Of a DNA stretch of 20,317 nt, positions 15,927 to 20,317 are shown in pieces. Made by a program: the position numbers and the translations under genes. The notes under the pieces were generated by a model, which was given only the letters and a program-made list of their open reading frames with translations, made no database searches and was not told the DNA's origin. Location: NCBI GenBank assembly GCA_046582655.1, contig JAYGDX010000091.1, positions 1-20,317 on the forward strand. The letters run 5' to 3'. Position 1 is the stretch's first letter, and each line of letters begins with the position of its first letter. The DNA is from Candidatus Poribacteria bacterium. GTDB lineage: Bacteria > Poribacteria > WGA-4E > UBA9662.

Positions 15927-18740
15927 TCATCCGATCTTCCATTCCCTTTCAGTGGAGAGCATAATTGTTGTATTTCCAATTCTCACGCTAGCGTTGCCAT
16001 CCGCGTCCATGCTGGTTTCCAGATGATCAAGCAGATTGGTAACATCTTCACCATCGTTGAACGGGATAATCGCGCTCAAGAAGACTTTCGGCTGACCTGC
16101 TCTGACAATAGAAGCGGCCCACGAGCTGTTTGTATTGATTTCATGGGAAAAATCCGGCGTGGATTCATGTTGGAGTTGACCATAGGTCTGGTCGGCAGTA
16201 GGATGAATATAGACGAGAACACGTTTCTTTCCCTTTTGCCAGGAAGCATGATCAAAAGCCGGTGCCTCGAACCAGTGACGTTTGCCGTCATGCGCTGGCG
16301 GCATGTTTTCGAACTTTCGCCATTGATGACCATCTTCACGTTGGCCTTCGGTCCATTGACCATCGGCCCGCAGGCACCAGATGGGACCAACACGATAACC
16401 ATCCGTCTCGGAGCCTGCAACGTAGACATCACGTACAACAAGAACACCTTCCCAAGTCAATAATGTGTGACGGGTCCAAGTACTCCGGGCACCAAAGTAA
16501 TTACGGTAGGTGAAACTACCAAAAGAATCCCTGTCGCGATCCTCAACGAACACAGAATCCGGCTCCAGAATCCCGCCGCGAACATCGTGCGATGGAACCA
16601 CAGTGCGATCGTTGAGAATCATGTCTGAAACCAGAGCTGGCGAACCCGTTTGACCATAACGCCAACCTTGCCGATAGCGCAGATGGGGTTCGCTGCTGCT
16701 ACCTTTGAAATCAAAACTCACGCGTGTGTAATCTTCAGCCAAGTTGAACTCATGATGAGAAACACCCACCCGCAGGGCATACGAAAAATCAGGTTCTACG
16801 ATGACTTCTAAGGCCTCCCTGCCATCCTCAGTAACAATAGTCACTGGCATTGGATCTACGGCTTCCCACTTCCCATCTGGATCAGACAACCTGCGTCGTG
16901 TAACCTCGAAGTTCTCAGGTTGATGGGAGAAATCTGCCAGCATAACGTCGCCCTTGGGGCCAACAAGTCGAAGGTTTCGGAGGAAGGCCTTGTCCACCTT
17001 ACCGTTCTCATCCGGGCTACCATTCAGGCGCAAGGTGACACTGCGCAATGTATAATCGTTGTTGAGATATATCAGACCATCCATGTTGGCGGCAGAGGCT
17101 CCTACTGGGTCATCGACCCGCCTCCATGTCCAAAGATCGTGCAACTCCGGTGCATAACGCCAGTTCTTCGAATCAGGACCAGTACGACAATGCGTGATGC
17201 TGGGCAAACTGCACGAAGCTCGACGCCAAACGTGGGCAGCCTGATCCAAAAAAGCCTGACGTCCCCAATGATGTTCCGGCATAGCGGAATGCATTGGAAA
17301 GGCATCATTGGGATGCCGAACCATTAGCATATCGTAGTAAGCTTGACCAATAAATATTCCGTTGTATTTTCCCGATGAGCCAATCAGCTTCGCACCATCG
17401 ACACAGTATTCGTAAAGCCGCCCCATAGCATCACCAAAACAATGCATGTATTCGTTGTTGCGATCAAACAAATAAAAAGAAGCAAATGGTTGATCCTGTT
17501 CCCTTCCAGTGCATAAGTAAAGTCGTTCCTTGATACGATAAATTGTTGGACTTAGAAGACCAATGGATGAACCAGTTTGAGGCAGATGTGGATCTATATC
17601 ATGCTCGATGAACCAAGCAAAACGCCGAACATATGCATTTTTCCATTGCCTTCGCATCTCATCCTGATTCTCTCTCATGGGTGGTTCCGGGCCAATACTG
17701 GTTTGAACCGCTGCCCAAAGGAATTCTGGGTCTCTGAATTCTTGGGCTGCTCGATACCAGAAGTCCGGAACTAAGGTGTCTCCATAGTATGGCGCGTGCC
17801 ACGGGTTGTCGAACATCTCCTTGGTGGTGAAATTGACATTGGCCTGGGCTGCTGCGTTGGGGTTTCCCCGAACACCCATGCCATGATTTAGCAAAACGTA
17901 TCGCCTAGCCATGGTATAAATGAGTTTGCGATTGGCAGGTTCCTTAATTTTTCCAGTTTCAGAAGCGATATCGAACATCCCGGACAAGTGAAGGCCTCCA
18001 TAGGGAAAATGGTTCACTTCGAAAATATCACCATGTTCTACAAGTTCTCTCCACTGCCGTTCAATCCATGCCTTCAATTCCTTAACCCTCGGCATATGAG
18101 GGAAAATGCGAACGGCTGCTGCAATCCCTCCGGTGTTTTTGTACGGACGATTGTTAGCGCCACGCTCCAAGCGGTTGAAATCCAGAAAGTCTTTGCTAAG
18201 ACTCTGCACGACGATTTTCCTGAACAAGACCTGTTCCTCCTTACTCAGAATTTCCTGCTTGATCAGTTCTTCGTAAATCAACATGCGGGCGTGTGATCCC
18301 CAACCTCCATGACCCCCGCCACCATGGACATCATGGAGAAAAATTTTGCCACTGGATCCCCATGATTTTGCCTCCCCATCCATGGATGTATTGAAGATAT
18401 AAAACATCTCACCTTCCCCTTGAGACTCCAAAGTACGATATCGATCGAGCACCGCGCCACGAAAATAAGCGGCTAACATCTTCAACGCGTTCTCGTCACG
18501 ACGCCCTTCGTCAACATATCGGCGCAGGAGAAATTCCCAATCGAACCAATCTCTTGAAAACGAATGTGTCTTGGCTTCAGCGGTCTGCTTCCTCAGCATT
18601 TTGGCAGCTTGGTCTATGTTCTCAAACTGCTCGTAAGAATCGAGCACGGATTGTTGAGGTACAACCCCACGGGACTGCTCACTAAAGCCGAAAAGGGAGG
18701 CAACCAGCACCAGCGGGCAAATCGATGTGAGTTTGGTCAT
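15927..18740 (-). CDS. Large secreted hypothetical protein (937 aa), possibly heparinase II/III-like lyase architecture
   Basis: Uninterrupted long ORF. AAAGGA SD 8 nt before ATG 18740, signal-peptide-like MTKLTSICPLVLVASLFGFSEQSRG, helical N-half and beta-rich C-half. Confidence 0.8.
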   Translation of the reverse strand: MTKLTSICPLVLVASLFGFSEQSRGVVPQQSVLDSYEQFENIDQAAKMLRKQTAEAKTHSFSRDWFDWEFLLRRYVDEGRRDENALKMLAAYFRGAVLDRYRTLESQGEGEMFYIFNTSMDGEAKSWGSSGKIFLHDVHGGGGHGGWGSHARMLIYEELIKQEILSKEEQVLFRKIVVQSLSKDFLDFNRLERGANNRPYKNTGGIAAAVRIFPHMPRVKELKAWIERQWRELVEHGDIFEVNHFPYGGLHLSGMFDIASETGKIKEPANRKLIYTMARRYVLLNHGMGVRGNPNAAAQANVNFTTKEMFDNPWHAPYYGDTLVPDFWYRAAQEFRDPEFLWAAVQTSIGPEPPMRENQDEMRRQWKNAYVRRFAWFIEHDIDPHLPQTGSSIGLLSPTIYRIKERLYLCTGREQDQPFASFYLFDRNNEYMHCFGDAMGRLYEYCVDGAKLIGSSGKYNGIFIGQAYYDMLMVRHPNDAFPMHSAMPEHHWGRQAFLDQAAHVWRRASCSLPSITHCRTGPDSKNWRYAPELHDLWTWRRVDDPVGASAANMDGLIYLNNDYTLRSVTLRLNGSPDENGKVDKAFLRNLRLVGPKGDVMLADFSHQPENFEVTRRRLSDPDGKWEAVDPMPVTIVTEDGREALEVIVEPDFSYALRVGVSHHEFNLAEDYTRVSFDFKGSSSEPHLRYRQGWRYGQTGSPALVSDMILNDRTVVPSHDVRGGILEPDSVFVEDRDRDSFGSFTYRNYFGARSTWTRHTLLTWEGVLVVRDVYVAGSETDGYRVGPIWCLRADGQWTEGQREDGHQWRKFENMPPAHDGKRHWFEAPAFDHASWQKGKKRVLVYIHPTADQTYGQLQHESTPDFSHEINTNSSWAASIVRAGQPKVFLSAIIPFNDGEDVTNLLDHLETSMDADGNASVRIGNTTIMLSTEREWKIG

Positions 18741-18790
18741 GCAGTGTATCCTTTCGCATTGTTGGAACACCTACCATATTAGTTAACTTC

Positions 18791-18813
18791 AAGATTAGCC
18801 AATAGCTAATCCT
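18791..18813. terminator. Stem-loop (terminator/operator-like)
   Basis: AAGATTAGCC-AAT-AGCTAATCCT inverted repeat. Confidence 0.4.
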
Positions 18814-19067
18814 GTTGTCTGAACGCTTATTTAACAATGTTTATTGGGTGAAATCCAGTAACTTCTGAATGATATGGCGAATCTGTTGGCAAACAAATTT
18901 TCACATTTGCTTCGGTCTTCGGTAATTTTATCACGATTAATATCTCAGAGTAAATCAGGTGAGATGTAATTCTGTTTTTGTTTAACTGCTAATATTTGCC
19001 CTCGAGAAAACCTCAATTGTAACTGAGAAGTGAAAGCCAACGCCATCGTATGGCAAACGGCTCAATT

Positions 19068-19445
19068 TCAGTTTTTTTGCAGTGCACGCCAGCGGTCGTA
19101 ATACACATGCATGGCTGGTGGCAGGAAAGCGTGTACACTCTCGTCTAAGCGCCATTCAAATCTGCTATCCACTTTCTCTTCTAATGCTTCATCCGCTTCC
19201 CACTTGCGCCAACTGGCGGCTAGGGTCAGGCGTTCCGCATCCATCCTCATACTGCCGCGGTGAATGGTCTTGCCACACCAGAAAGCGACCTGTCCGGCCT
19301 TTAAGGCAATCACCTGATGTCCAGGCAAGTCATCATGGGGTGAGTTGACCAGACATTCACGTTCGCGTTCTGTACGGTTGCGCAATTGGCTACCGGGTAT
19401 AATCTGCAAGCAATCATCGTCCACCAGGGCAAGATACCACCTGAT
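19068..19445 (-). pseudogene. PhyH-family dioxygenase, C-terminal fragment
   Basis: WYLALVDDDCLQIIPGSQ...LKAGQVAFW...TIHRG...RLTL. No N-terminal HxD half; frame closed by TAA at about 19446. Confidence 0.75.
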
Positions 19446-19553
19446 TTACCAATCTGCAGTTTTTTATATTCCATTTGAGCAATCTAATAGCTATTTGCAT
19501 TTCCTAAGCAGGTTGATGAAGCTTACTAATCCAAAAAGGTAACGGAATCAACA

Positions 19554-19946
19554 TCATCCTTGCATTAGTTTCTCAACAATCGGAATGTCAGCAGCAGCCC
19601 AATCCAGTTTATCGAGTTCTTCAGGATTCAACCATTGATAATCAATATGTTCGATTAAGATGAAAGTAGTTGTATCAGCTGAGCATAAAAAACTATCCAT
19701 TATCAAGATAAAATCCTGATAATGGTACTCAACTTTCATGAATCTTTCCTCGACTTTGATATCGTATTTAAGTTCCTCCCTTATTTCTCTTTTCAGAGCT
19801 CCTTCTTGGCTTTCACCTTCCTCCACCTTGCCTCCAGGGAATTCATATTTGTAGGCGATATAGTCGAATTCACTCATTCCTCTTTGAAGGCATAGAATCT
19901 TGTCTTGATTTTCAATTATGGCAGCCACAACTTCTACTTTTTCCAT
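19554..19946 (-). CDS. mutT: NUDIX hydrolase, MutT-like (deoxy)nucleoside triphosphate pyrophosphohydrolase
   Basis: MEKVEVVAAII start after AGGA, Nudix box EFPGGKVEEGESQEGALKREIREEL, WAAADIP. Confidence 0.9.
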   Translation of the reverse strand: MEKVEVVAAIIENQDKILCLQRGMSEFDYIAYKYEFPGGKVEEGESQEGALKREIREELKYDIKVEERFMKVEYHYQDFILIMDSFLCSADTTTFILIEHIDYQWLNPEELDKLDWAAADIPIVEKLMQG

Positions 19947-20051
19947 AGAACTATTCCTGAGAATTCTCCCTAATGCTCTTGCTGATTCTCGATGATGCTC
20001 GGCACAAATAAAACTATCACCACAACTGATCTTTAACCATGACATTTACCT

Positions 20052-20077
20052 TGTACTTAAGTTTTAACTTAAATACA
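20052..20077. repeat. 26-bp near-perfect palindrome
   Basis: TGTACTTAAGTT-TT-AACTTAAATACA (11/12 arm match). Confidence 0.7.
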
Positions 20078-20317
20078 GAACAGCCGCCCCATCGACAAAC
20101 TTCAACAAGCACTCGATCAGCAACAACAACTTCACGCAGTCTCCCAAAATACCGTTGACGCTCAACGGCAACAGCTCGAAGAAGCACGACGTCCCCAACC
20201 TTTACTGGTAAGACTCAAGGCTGTATTTGCCCAGAATAAGCACCTTCGATGCGCTAATGGTCAATCTATACCAAGTGGTAAAGACCGTGCTATGCACGGA
20301 GTTAGATCCCAATTGGT
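20073..20317 (+). pseudogene. DUF536-like coiled-coil fragment (start-less)
   Basis: Open frame after TAA 20070-20072: ...IDKLQQALDQQQQLHAVSQNTVDAQRQQLEEARRPQPLLVRLKAVF...; LDQQQQL is the DUF536-type signature. Confidence 0.5.

Noticed and set aside
16023..18296. Several 60-146 aa ORFs overlapping the large gene
   Set aside because: Shadow or alternate frames of the 937-aa CDS
19947..20045. 33-aa N-terminal extension of mutT
   Set aside because: MutT homology starts at MEKVEVVAA, which has its own AGGA RBS
1..20317. CRISPR array, tRNA/rRNA, intact IS or prophage genes
   Set aside because: No regularly spaced repeats, cloverleaf or rRNA motifs, or transposase/integrase/phage proteins seen by eye

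Overview
Bacterial accessory/metabolic region with no rRNA, tRNA, CRISPR array, transposase or integrase that I can see. The gene mix (sulfatase, two PhyH-type dioxygenases, bicupin, Gfo/Idh/MocA, two sugar-isomerase TIM barrels, SDRs, Ldh_2) resembles marine Poribacteria/Planctomycetes-type heterotrophs; this is inference only. Left to right: a chorismate-lyase-like gene, an extended SDR, a bicupin, a minus-strand run (serine hydrolase, PhyH pseudogene, arylsulfatase, PL2-lyase-like gene broken by two in-frame TAGs), a sugar oxidoreductase/isomerase/SDR run converging on an Ldh_2/isomerase pair, then a mosaic island. The island holds an unannotated 48-aa ORF, a ParE remnant, an alkB pseudogene, a 937-aa secreted orphan protein, a PhyH fragment, mutT and a DUF536-like remnant. 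The window shows heavy recent pseudogenisation. It also has several unexplained non-coding structures: a terminated structured element with TPP-riboswitch-like words, a duplicated operator-like palindrome and long rod-like hairpins. I found no firm evidence of a complete new system. The best candidates are the 870-1250 regulatory region, the PL2-like/sulfatase operon and the large secreted orphan.
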